Origin: Camelus ferus
Taxonomy: Eukaryota
NCBI RefSeq assembly: GCF_009834535.1
Contig: NC_045704.1
Coordinates: 16,678,001-16,742,000, forward strand
Length of the DNA: 64,000 nt
Direction: 5' to 3'
Below the pieces are notes generated by a model. The model was not told the origin of the DNA and ran no database searches. It was given only the letters and a program-made list of their open reading frames with translations. How positions within the stretch are numbered: the stretch's first letter is position 1; the number at the start of each line of letters is the position of its first letter. This document shows, in pieces, positions 22,696 through 34,600 of the stretch. The position numbers and the translations under genes are program-made.

Positions 22696-25600
22696 CATGT
22701 CTTTATTTGGGTTCTTTTCCATTATAGGTTATTTTAAGATATTGTAAACAGTAAACAGTAAGTCCTTGTTGTTTATCTGTTTTATATATGGTAGTGTGCA
22801 ACTGTTAATTTCATACTCCCAGTTTATCCCTCCCCGCCCCTTCCCCTTTAGTAACTATAAGTTTGTTTTCTATGTCTATAAGTCTGTTTCTGTTTTGTAA
22901 ATAAGTTCATTTGTACTATTTTTTTACATTCCACCTATTAGTGATATCACAGAATATTTGTCTTTCTCTGTCTGACTTCCTTCACTTAGTATGATCATCT
23001 CTAGGTCCATCGGTGTTGCTGCAAATGGCATTATTTTAAGAATTTTTAAATGTTAGCCGTGATGTCCCTTTGTGACAGATGGAGGGAGGACAGAGCCAAG
23101 GATACAACTCAGGGGCACTGTTCCTTCGACAGATGGTTACTGGGGCTCCCCGTCCATCTGTCCATCCATCAGGAATGTATCGAAGGCCTTCTGTGACAGT
23201 AGTATCAGCTGACATTGACAGAGTGTTTGCTCGATGGTAGGCACTATTCTAAGAGGATTTGCATATATTCCTCGTTTGAATCTTCACAACAAACCTATGA
23301 GGTAGAAGCAGTTTCTGTTTCCATTTTACAGGTTAAGAAACAGGCACAAGGGGTGACAGGGAACCAGTTGCTCCAGAATCACACAACAGTAAGTAAGCAG
23401 AGCTGAGAAGGACCAGACATGGTGTCCGGCACTGGGGACACATTAGGGAGTGACTTAGATATGGTCCCTGCCCTCATGGAGCTAAAAGTCTGGTGAGGGA
23501 GATAGCTGCTAGACAAATACAAATAAAAAGTGTACCTATATAGTATCAAGTGGTGATAATGAAGAAAAAGTAGGGTGAGGGGATAGAGAAGAGCACCTGA
23601 TAGGAGGTGAGGGAGGCTACTTTGGTTTGTCTGAAGAAGTGATATCTGAGCAGACACCAGAATGGTGGAAGGAGCCAGCTGTGGGAAGGTCTGGGGGACG
23701 AGTGGGCCAGGCAAGGGGAACAGCAGGTGCAAAGGCCCTGTGGTGGGAAGGAGCCAGCCAGGACAGAGGGAAGCCCGTGTGGCTGGAGGAGTGTAGCCAG
23801 AAGCTGAGTAGTCAGCCTGGGACTTCTCGCAAACCTGGGCGGTACTGCGCATGCCATCCCAGGGTTCAGAGCAGGAAGCGGCGGGGGGGGGGCAGCAGGC
23901 ATCCCCAAGAGGCGCTCTCCAACGGACCTGTGATGGGTGGAGGAGCACGCGGGGACTACAGCCAGCCTGCCTGGGCTCGAGCTGCGTGCCCTTGGGGAAG
24001 TTACATAACCGCTTCCTGCCTCCACTTGCTCCTGTGTAAAATAGAGAAAATTTTCTCTCTCCTGTCTCACAGAGCGAAGACACAGGTGTTATGTGTCTGC
24101 CACATCATGAGCACTTAGGTGTCTGCTGCAATTGCTGGGGGTCATGGTGATTATTATTCTGTGTCATCTCAACTCCCTTCAGAAGGAGGGTTATTACGAT
24201 GCCCCTCCCCTTTCACATGTGAGGAAACTGTTGCTCAGAGAGGTTGTCCATCACCCAGGGCTGGACAGCTTGGAAATGGCAGGGCTGGATTTGAACCCAG
24301 GCTTGCCTGCCCCCAGGTCCAGGTTCCTTCCTCCCTTATAGTGATGTCCCTGCTCGTAGCAGTGTGCAGGCAGTGTCTGGGCGACTTCCTGACTAGGAGG
24401 TGACAGGGCAGAGGGGACCGTGTAGGGTGGTGGGCAAGATGCCTTTGAGGGTCAAAATAACTTGTCATCCTAGGAGCCAAATAAAAAAGCCCCAGACTGG
24501 AAAGCAGGAGACTTGCTTCAGCTGTTCCTAACTGCCTTCCACCCTCACGTAGCTTTCTGTGCCTTTGACTGTCATGCGGGAGTGGCAGAAACTTTGAGGG
24601 AAGCCTTCCTACAGTTCACTCTTTTCTTCTCTTGACAAATAATTATCAAGCATCAACTAATAATGCCTCCTGACTGACAGCGGCAGAGTGCCTGCTCCAT
24701 GCCTCACCCTGTGGCCACAGTGTTTATGTGCATAATCCTCGATATGGTGATCACCCCCATGTTACAGATGAGGAAACTGAGGCTCCAAGAGGTTAGCTGA
24801 CAAGGCCATACAGCTAGGGTGTGGTGGAGCTGGGATTCCAATCCAGGCATCAGTGGTGAGCAAAACCAGGCCCCTGCCCTCAGGGAGCTTCCACAGGGTC
24901 CTGTGTGGTTGGGGGTGGAGGTGACACCTGTGCCTTTGTCTGCAAGGAATGCTCTGTGGTAGCGGGTCATAAGCCGGTCTAGCCAAGTCTGGAGGAGTCA
25001 GGGAAGGGGGTGTGTGGGCTTGTTCATTCAGTCAGTGAATATTTTCGAGCTCTGACTCCAGGCCACACCTTGTACTGCGTGCAGGGAACCCAGGGGAACA
25101 TCCAGCCTCGACCCCCACTGTCACTGAGTTGGCATCACAAGGAGAAGTGGCTGCCCAGATGGGGGCCATCTGTCTTCAAGGTCCCACAGCAAGCCCAGGG
25201 GGTGTGCAGAGCAGCACTGACAGCATGCGTTCCCTCCCCTGCAGCTGGAGAAGGAGGAGCAGATACACAGCGTGGACATCGGGAATGATGGCTCGGCCTT
25301 CGTGGAGGTGCTGGTGGGCAGCTCGGCTGGAGGGGCCGCGGAGCAAGACTATGAGGTAAGCAGGGGCTTGAGTGGGGCCCCCTTGCCGCCCCAGGGTCTC
25401 CTGGGCCCCAGGCTGGGGTGGAGACAAGTTGCACTGACCTCAGCCCTCTGGAAGACCCCAGCGTACAAAGAGGCAAAGAGCAGACCCAGGCAGTAAGCCA
25501 TACACAGCAGGGCCAAGGCCAAGACTGCATCGCAGTTGCGTAAAGAACCAGAGGCACCCGTTTGTTTTGTGATGAGCAAAACTGCTTTCCTCGGGTCCCA

Positions 25601-28600
25601 GAGCTTCTCAGAGATGTGCCGGCAAACTGAGATCCTGAATTGCTTGGGAAGCCTCTGTCAGGTGCTTCATTTGTGACAAACATTTACAGGCAGGGATGCC
25701 TTTTGCTCTACAAGGAATATTTGAAAGCTGGCCCAGTCTTTTTTTTTTTAACTGGTTGCATTAATTCCAGCTGGATTGATGAGATCATTAGTCAACTGGT
25801 TAATCAACAGAATGTTTTTGGATAAAAGGAAGCAGACTGTGAAAAAGAGATTTTACAATTTTAAGTGAATAAATCATGTTCCTACAAGATTTTTTTCCTT
25901 GCAGTGAGAAATTGTTTTGAATTGAGGTATATTTTACACACAAGAAAATGTACAGGTCAGAGTTTTGCAAGATGTATACACCTGCGTAACCATCCCCCAA
26001 ATCAGGACGTAGAGAATTGCCAGCATCCCTGAAAACTCCCTCATGTCCCATTGCAGTCAGCCCTCCCACCCTCAGCTCAGGCCACCACTGATCTCTCTTC
26101 TGTCACTACAGACTAGTTTTGCCTGTCCTAGAATTTTGTATAAATGGAATTTTACAACATGTGTTTTTTTTTTGTGGCTGGCTTCTTTTACTCAATGAAC
26201 TGTTTTTTTGAGGTTCTTCCATATGTGTATATGTCAGCGGTCTGTTCCCCCTTATTGCTGAGCAGTATTACCAGAAGCGTAGATCATAATTTGTTCATCC
26301 ATTCCCTTGTTGGCAGGCATCTGGGCTGTTGCCAGTTTTTGACTCTTATGAAAAAGACTGCTGTGAGCATTCTTGTATAAGCCTCTGTATAAGATCTCTT
26401 TGGGGTGAATACCTAAGAGTTGAATTGCAGGGTCTTAGGGTAGGTATATGTTTTAACTGTAATAGAAATCGACACTCTGGGGCTTACAATGTCTGGCTTC
26501 TGCCCAGAGACAAGATGCAGCTGGAAGAGCCAAGAAAGAAAAGGAAAAAGGGTCGAGCAGGGCTGGTCCGTGTTGATGTCACTTACACAACCCAAGCCAA
26601 AGGCACGTATTATAATAACTAATGCCGTTTTCTACAAAATCAACAACATGTTCTTTTTTTTTAGCCCTCCTAATTTTACAAAGGAGATACCTAAGGTTTT
26701 GAGGTTAACCCAGTCTAGAGAATAAAGGTTTAATCCTGGAACCTTAAAGACAGTATTGGATGATAAAAACAGCTGGAGTTGTTTTCTCTTTACAATGAAT
26801 GGGAGAAGAATACATTCAGAGGAAAGCTCCCCCTTTGTATGGGTGGCAGCTGCCAACCACAGTTTGCGTTGCCCCTTCATTTAGTCACTAGATGATACTT
26901 CAGCTCCCCCATCAGCTCAAAAACAGGCCTTTTATAAACAAGTATAGTCAGGGCCAGGAAGATGGCTTCCCTTCTGTATAATTTTCTTCATCTTTGTTGT
27001 TTCCTTTTCATAATCAGGGCTGAGCACAAAGAGACAGCTAGTTACAGTATGTGTTTTTCTCAGCAAAAAGCTTTTGTTTCCTAATTTCATGGATTTTACA
27101 GTGTGTCAGAAAAGAGACTGAGTAATAGATTTTGCCCAACTAAAACTGGCTTACTGCCAAATAATATTTATAGTTTCCTTAGGAGAGAAGTCCAGCATTA
27201 GGCAGACCCAGAGTTGATCTGGCAGCTGAACAAAGTCAGGGTGCTAAGTTGGGCACCTCTTGATTCTTTTGGTCTTGGCTGCATGGTTACAAGATGATTG
27301 CCATTGCTCCATCCATCACCTAGTAGCATCCAAAGCAGAAAGTGGGGAAAAAAAAAAAAAAGCAGAAAGTGGAGGGGTGGAATGGCAGAAATGCAGTGGT
27401 TTTCTTCCATCCTCTGTTTCTTTTTAATGAGGGAAGAAAATCTTTCCCAGAAGCCTCCAGCAGGCTTCCTCTTGACGTCATATTGGCCAGTCCTGGGTCA
27501 TGTGCCTGTCCTTGGACCAACACTGGCAGAGGGAATTCTAATGCTTGGACTAATCATGGTTCATCCCTTAGTGTTAGACATGCAGCTCTCCCACTCTTTT
27601 TTCAAAACTGGTCAGTTTTTGCTCCATCATGCTGTCTGTACTGTCTGTAGCTCCATTTATTTCTTTAAACTATTAAACACACTTACTTTTATTGTGTGTT
27701 TGATAATGTAATACATGAATTCTTTTTTTGTATATGTATTTTTATTGACGTATAGTCAGTTTACAATGTTGTATCAATTTCTAGTGTACAGCATAATGCT
27801 TCAGTCATACATGAAAATAAATATAATCATTTTCATATTCTTTTTCACCATAAGTTACTACAGGATATTGAATATAGTTCCCTGTGCTATACAGTATGAA
27901 CTTATTGTTTATTTTTCTTTGTCTTTCTGGCTTACTTCACTTAGAATGACAATCTCCAGGTCCATCCATNNNNNNNNNNNNNNNNNNNNNNNNNNNNNNN
28001 NNNNNNNNNNNNNNNNNNNNNNNNNNNNNNNNNNNNNNNNNNNNNNNNNNNNNNNNNNNNNNNNNNNNNNNNNNNNNNNNNNNNNNNNNNNNNNNNNNNN
28101 NNNNNNNNNNNNNNNNNNNNNNNNNTGTGGGTCTGAGTCCACAGTTTGTGGTTTCTGTTGACCCTAAGTCATGGCGGCCTGTTTCCTCATGCCTTGTGCG
28201 TGTGTGTGTGTGTGAGATAACTTCTGTTCTTGGGGAATATATCTGTGGGGATTCTTTGAGGGCCTGGTTTGAATACGTTCCTCCTAAAGGGGTTTGCCCT
28301 GGCATCAGGTGCTACTGCATACACGGGACCACTTATAGTTTTCAACTTGGGTTTTTCCACACAGGTAGCATGTGGATTTTTCCTCCAACTCCTTGAGTAC
28401 AGACCCGCAGTTAGGAGTTTCCAGAGAGAATTTTTCATCTTTCCTCTGCTGTCCCCTGAGAGCTAAATTCTCCCACTGATTCTCCCATGAGACACATGTC
28501 CCCCTAAATTACACACAAAGGGTGTTGCCCTTTGGAGGGCCCAGCTCCATGCACTGTGGCCACAGTCTCTGAGATGCCTTTCTTCTTGGCTTGGAGCCGA

Positions 28601-31600
28601 GGCTTTGTCTCCCCTTCTCCGCTGTTACCACCACCCAGAGCTCTTACAGATTAAGCTCTGTGGCCCCTGGAATCAGCAATAGGGCAAACGCCAATGTCAG
28701 TGCCACCGGCTGTACTGGTCAAGGTTTCACCAGGAGACTGAAACTGCCCCAATTACATTTAACAGAGAGAATTGGTGATGAGGTATTAACCTGAAGAGGT
28801 GGGAAGACTAAGGTTGGACAAAGAAGCAATGGCAGGGAGTGGCCACCAATCTTAGGGTTGGAGGAACAAAGGAAGAGGTTGGAATTATTGAAACAATGAT
28901 ATTTAGAAGCTTGGAGATAGGGCCCTTGGAGTTAAAACTCAGACCGTGAGGAAGGGGTGCTTCCCTGCTGGTTCTGTTGTGTCCCTGAGCGGATGCCCTG
29001 AGGCCAGTTCTGCAAGTGTTGAGAAGCTGCAAACTGGATTCACCTGCTGTCCCCCTCCCCAACCCCTGGCAAACAGCTGCAGAAGGAACCACACCTGGGT
29101 TGCTGCTCACCTGCCAGAGACAGCAGAGCCCTCCTCTTTCCTCCATCCTTGATCCCCTCTCTCTCGCGCCCCCTGTTGGTGGAGCCTGACAAGGAGCCCA
29201 TGGACCCTGCTCAGCATCACGGAACTGAGCCACCAAGGGTGCGTGCGGACTGAGAGACAGTCACTTAATAGACTTCTGTGCTGTCACTTCTGGCCTCCTT
29301 CCCCTTGCCTTTCTGCTGACTCCTCCATGTGTTTCCAGAAGGTGTTTGCACGTTGGGCTTGTGGTGAAGATCCTCATCTCAAAGGGTTCCTTAGGCTGGG
29401 TAGCCTGCAGCTGGCCAGATATGGAAGACTCTGTGGAAGGATTTAGATAAGGATCGTCCAGATCTGGAAGTGGAAGTGTCCCTCTGGGGCCTGTGTTAGT
29501 TAAGGACTGACTGGAGGCCCAGAAACAAGAGACGAGTCTAGAGACCTTGAGGCACGTTGACATACAAGCTGGACCTGGTGACTCCCTCGTCCCTGCTGGG
29601 GCCCCTGCCCTCCTCCAGCCCCTAGGAGGTGTCACCGAAACCGGCCAGGCCCAGCTCCCATTCACTGTGCCTTTTTCCAGGTCCTTCTGGTCACCTCTTC
29701 CTTCATGTCCCCTTCTGAGAGTCGCAGTGGCTCAAACCCCAACCGTGTTCGCATTTTTGGGCCTGACAAACTGGTCCGGGCAGCAGCAGAGAAGCGCTGG
29801 GACCGTGTCAAAATTGTCTGCAGCCAGCCCTACAGCAAGGTACCTTGGGTGGGAGCTGGGTGCGGGGTCCTCGGGCCTGAGCCACAAGAGAGGAGGGGCC
29901 GAGTTGGAGTCCCAGAGGGCTGGGGAGACCGGACAGCTGGTCTCCCCATGGGATTATGAGGAGGCTGGATTCCTGCATTCCTGGAAATGTTTGAGATCCT
30001 CCCCACATAGGAATCTTCATTTACTGGAGGAAAATTAGGAAGGCTGACCTGCAAGACTACGGGGGAATTGGAAGGGGGAGCCGCTGACTCAGTGGAGGCA
30101 TGGCCTCATAGATTTAGGCCTTGTAATTAACATCATGAGAGCTAGCGTCAGAAGGCTGGTTTAAGACCTGGCTACTCCACTTCTCAGCTGTATGACCTCA
30201 GGCAAGGGACCTCACCTCTCTAGCCTCAGTTTGTTGGTCCTTATAGGGTTGCTGTCAGTTAGGGATGCTAGGCTGCGGTGACAGGACCCGAGTGTGTGAT
30301 ACAGCACACAAAGGTGTACTTCTTACCTGTGGATCTGTCCCGGGAGCTGTTCAGCCGGTCATCTGGGACCCAGGCTCCTTCCGTCTTATGGTCTGCATCC
30401 ACTCTGTGGAGGAGGAAAGAGCCCGAAGCTTTTTCGAGTTTCAAAAGTGGCATGCAGCCTCCTCCCATTCCGCAGGCAGGACTTGGGGTGCACAGTGTAT
30501 TCACTCAGACACCCAGCAGCCTTTGCCAGGGCTTCGTGAAGGGCTTTGCACTGACCCTGACCCCCAGTTAGGGCTCAGTAACAGCTCGCTGGTATTGTCT
30601 TTGTCATTATCATCCGGGCACCTCCTCGGGCACATGCATCCTTAGTGGGAAAGAGCCAGAAAGGGGTTTCCCTGAATGAAAGGGGCTTTGGGGCCAGCCC
30701 TCTGTCCTTGGCAGACTCCCTGAGTCCCACCCCTCCTTTCCCAGGACGCCCCCTATGGCCTGAGTTTTATACGGTTTCACAGCCCCCCAGACAAAGACGA
30801 GGCAGAGGCCTCATCATCCCAGGTAAGCTCTTCCCACCACTGCCCAGAGCCTTCTCCCCACCTCTTCACCCCCACCTGCCCACAGCCCACCCACTGCACT
30901 GACCTTGTGGGACCTTAGAAGGTGACCAAGCTCGGCCAGTTCCGTGTGAAGGAGGAGGATGAGAGTCCCAGCTCCCTGAGACCCGGGGCTCTCTTCTTCA
31001 GCCGGATCAACAAGACACTCCCGGGTGAGTGTGGAAAATTGGGTCCTCAGTGAGTAGAGGCCAGGGGCCCGGACTCCTGGGTCTGAGGGAGGAGGGGCTG
31101 GGGACCCAGACTCCTGGATCACTGCTGGCTTTTGGGAACAGCACTCTGTGTCCCGTGGATAGGAGTAGAGGGTCTGAGGGCCCAGCCCTCTCAACCTGGA
31201 TCCACTTTCTCTGTAGTCACAGCCAGTGAGCCTGCAGGACCCAGCTATGCAGCTGCTACACTGCAGGCCTCCAGTGCCGCCTCCTCGGCCTCCCCGGCCT
31301 CCAAGGCTGTGGGCAGCACCTCCAAGGTGAGGTCATCAGACCCTAGTGGGGCAGAAAAGGAGGAGAGGAGCCAGAGGCCTCAACCCATCCCACCCCCGCA
31401 GCCTCAGGAGTCCCCCAAAGGCAAGAGGAAGTTGGATTTAAACCAAGAAGAGAAGAAGACCTCCAGCAAACCGCCAGCCCAGCCCTCACCGCCCTCCCTC
31501 AAGAGACCCAAATGTGAGCAAACTGGATTCCTTGTTCCCACACGGGCTGGTGCTCCTGGGTCCGAGGGAGGACGGCTGGGCTGGCGTCCCAGGAGTACTA

Positions 31601-34600
31601 ACGGAGTCTACTCTTCGGCTTCCCCAGTGCCAGCTCCCACCCGTACCCCAGCCGCTGCCCCCGTCCCTGCCCCAGCACGGGGGGCAGCGCCAGGGAAGCC
31701 CCGAGGAGAAGGCGCTGAGCCCCGGGCACCCCGAGCTGGCCCGCAGGAGCTGGGGAAGATCCTTCAGGGTGTGGTGGTGGTGCTGAGTGGCTTCCAGAAC
31801 CCCTTCCGCTCAGAGCTCCGGGACAAGGCCCTGGAGCTGGGGGCCAAGTATCGGCCAGACTGGACTCCAGACAGCACCCACCTCATGTAGGCCTGTGCCC
31901 CCAGCCCCATGCTCCCCGCTGCCTCTCCTCCGCCTCTGTCTCCTCCATCCTGCTTTCTCTCCGTATCCTCTGCCTCTCTTTCTCTTCTGATTCTTACGTC
32001 TTCCCCTCAATCTCCCTATGTCTTCTTGGCTCCTCCCCCACCTGTGCCTTCGTCTCTCCCTCCCTCTGTCTCTCCCTCCCCGCCTCCCTTGTCTCTCTTT
32101 GCCCTTTGCCTCTCAGATCACACCTGACTGACACCCTCCATTCTGCCCCCCACCCCACAGCTGTGCCTTCGCCAACACCCCCAAGTACAGCCAGGTCCTT
32201 GGCCTTGGTGGCCGAATAGTGCGGAAAGAGTGGGTGCTGGACTGTCACCGCATGCGGCGGCGGCTGCCCTCACGGAGGTGAGGCCCCACTGCACATGTGT
32301 GCTCTACACACGCAGACGCACATACTGACCCTGCCCCTCATCCCTGGGCCAGGCAGTGCCAGGGATCTGGAGAGAAATCAGGCTGGGGCCTGCCGTTGGA
32401 GAAGGTGGGGAGCCCAGAGTCAGCAGACTTCCAAGGAGCAGGGGCAGAGGCTGGGAGACCCGGAGGAGAGAGGAGAGGCTTGCCTGGGAGTCCGTGGAGG
32501 GCTCTGGGAACAGAGAAGGAAAAAGGGACATTGCACGCTGGACAAGCAGCGTTTGCAGAGGCTGAGGGTAGAGAATAGAGATTTGGGGTCCATTTACATC
32601 CATTCAGAGCAAGACCCCAAAGGCCCTGCTCGGTACCAGGCTGGGCATCAAACGTGAGGTCCTGCCCTCAAAGGCATCTGACTTTGATGAGGGGCCAGAC
32701 TTGTTACAAAAGTTTGGAGCAAGGGTGGGTGTAGGGCATACCTAGCATGCACGAGGTCCTGGGTTCAATCGCCAGTACCTCCATTAAAAAAATTTTTTTT
32801 TAATTAAAAATTTAAAAAACCTTTCACTATATAAAAAAAAAGAAAATCAAAAAAAAAAAGGAAGGCCCAAGGGGAGGACCACAGTGAGCTAGGGGTCTTC
32901 AAGGAGGAGGAGAGATTTGCCAGGCTGAGCAGAGGCGGAGAGCATGCTGGGAGGAGGAGCCAAGGTTGTGTCTACCTGGAGGAGCTTCAGGGGGTGCTTG
33001 GCTTGCAGTGGGAGGCAGGACGTGGCAGGAAAACCAGGCCGGGGCAGCAGGAGCCATAAAGTGCTTTTGAGCTGGGAAAGGGCCGGCTCAGATCTGCGGC
33101 CCGGGGACTGGAGGGGAGACTTGAGTCACCTCCTTGGAAAGAAGACAAGGCCTGCGTGTGTTCAGTGTTGGGGCTGCGCCCGGCCTGTTTGAGACAGTCT
33201 GTCATGGAGGCTGCAGGTGGAGGTGGACACGAGAAGGTGGTAGATCGGCTCAGAAAGTGCTTCTAGCACCTGGGGTCCACCCAGCTCCACAGACCCCTCA
33301 TCTGTAGTTCTGGAATCCAAACACGCTTAGAAGCCAAAAACCAACAGATTGTCTACATTTAGCACAAACTCACTTGCTGCGTGATTCTCCTGAGTTGTGT
33401 GAAGCTCTTATGGACTTCATTTATCCCACTAAGCGTGCCGTCGTGTTTAATACAGAAATATGAATGGGTTTGCTTTACAGGGCACTCCTTCATATACCCC
33501 ACTGGGGGGTGTTATATACCAAACTGCACACCTGCCATTCGCTTCCCTAAAATCTGAAAAATTCAGAAGTCTGAAACCCATTTGGTGCCCAGGGTCTCCT
33601 CTGGGAGCAGTGGGGAGCCATGGAAGGTGTGAGAGGGGCAGGGCCACCTCTGTCGTGAGGGGCGGAGGGTCAAGAGGAGGCTGCAGGTGGGGACCCTGCA
33701 GGAGGCGGGGACTTGGGTGGGAGGAGGGATGGACTGGAGATATATTTCGGGACAAAGTAACTGGATTTGGATCACTGCCTGGGAAAGCGTGTAGATTTAG
33801 TATCGGATTTGCAACAGGGTTTTGACCCTCCTCCCCACAAAAAAAAAAAATTGATAAAGCACTTTATATTTTTAAAATCCAGCAATAGAAGGAAGACTTC
33901 TGAAGGGTGGCTCTCTCCACAGTAATCACAAATTGAGGGTTTTTAAATCTTTTAATTCAAAACACTTTAAAGAAAAACCTTAGTAAATCCACCATCCATT
34001 TTTCAGTTGACTGCTACACTTTAAATCTTCTGAATTTCCCGTGAGCCATGGTTTTACGGTGAGGGTGACTGACCCGAACAGTGTGTCACCAGCTTTGAAA
34101 CAAATCACATGCAGAAGGGTGTTAACGGGAGAACCAGGAAAGCACAGCCCACATTTTCTTTCGCTTCTGCCACGTCCGGGCTCTGCTGTGGGATTTGGGG
34201 GCAACGTGATTCCTCCCTCCAGGCTTTAGTGTTCTCATCTGTGAAAACAGCACCAACCTCAGGATTCAGTGACTCCATATCTACCAGGTATTCAGCACAG
34301 TCCCCGGCACCTAGGATCTCCCAGACCGTTGTTACTGTGATCAGAACGAGGAGGAGTCTTTTCCTGAAGTGTCAGTGGCTTGAGGAACCATAAATATAGT
34401 GTCAAAGTCTTTAACAATGGATTTGCTTTTGAGAATTTCCCCTTAATTGGTCGGCATTCACCTAGTGAGAAACTGGCTTTGATTCTCAAAGGGGAAAATG
34501 ATTTCTGATTTATTTTATTCCCTTTCTGAAATGAGGCTTTCCTTCCTTGAGAGGGAAGGGAAGCCAGGCAGTGCTCTGGTTTCCAGTATGGGTGGCTGGG

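Noticed and set aside
23379-24118. Overlapping 163-234 aa ORFs in XRCC1 intron 2
   Set aside because: Derived from L2 and MIR sequence; no splice or domain support.
27715-28305. ORFs containing poly-X here and at 47495-47898 and 52181-52562
   Set aside because: Artefacts of reading through N gaps within L1 sequence.
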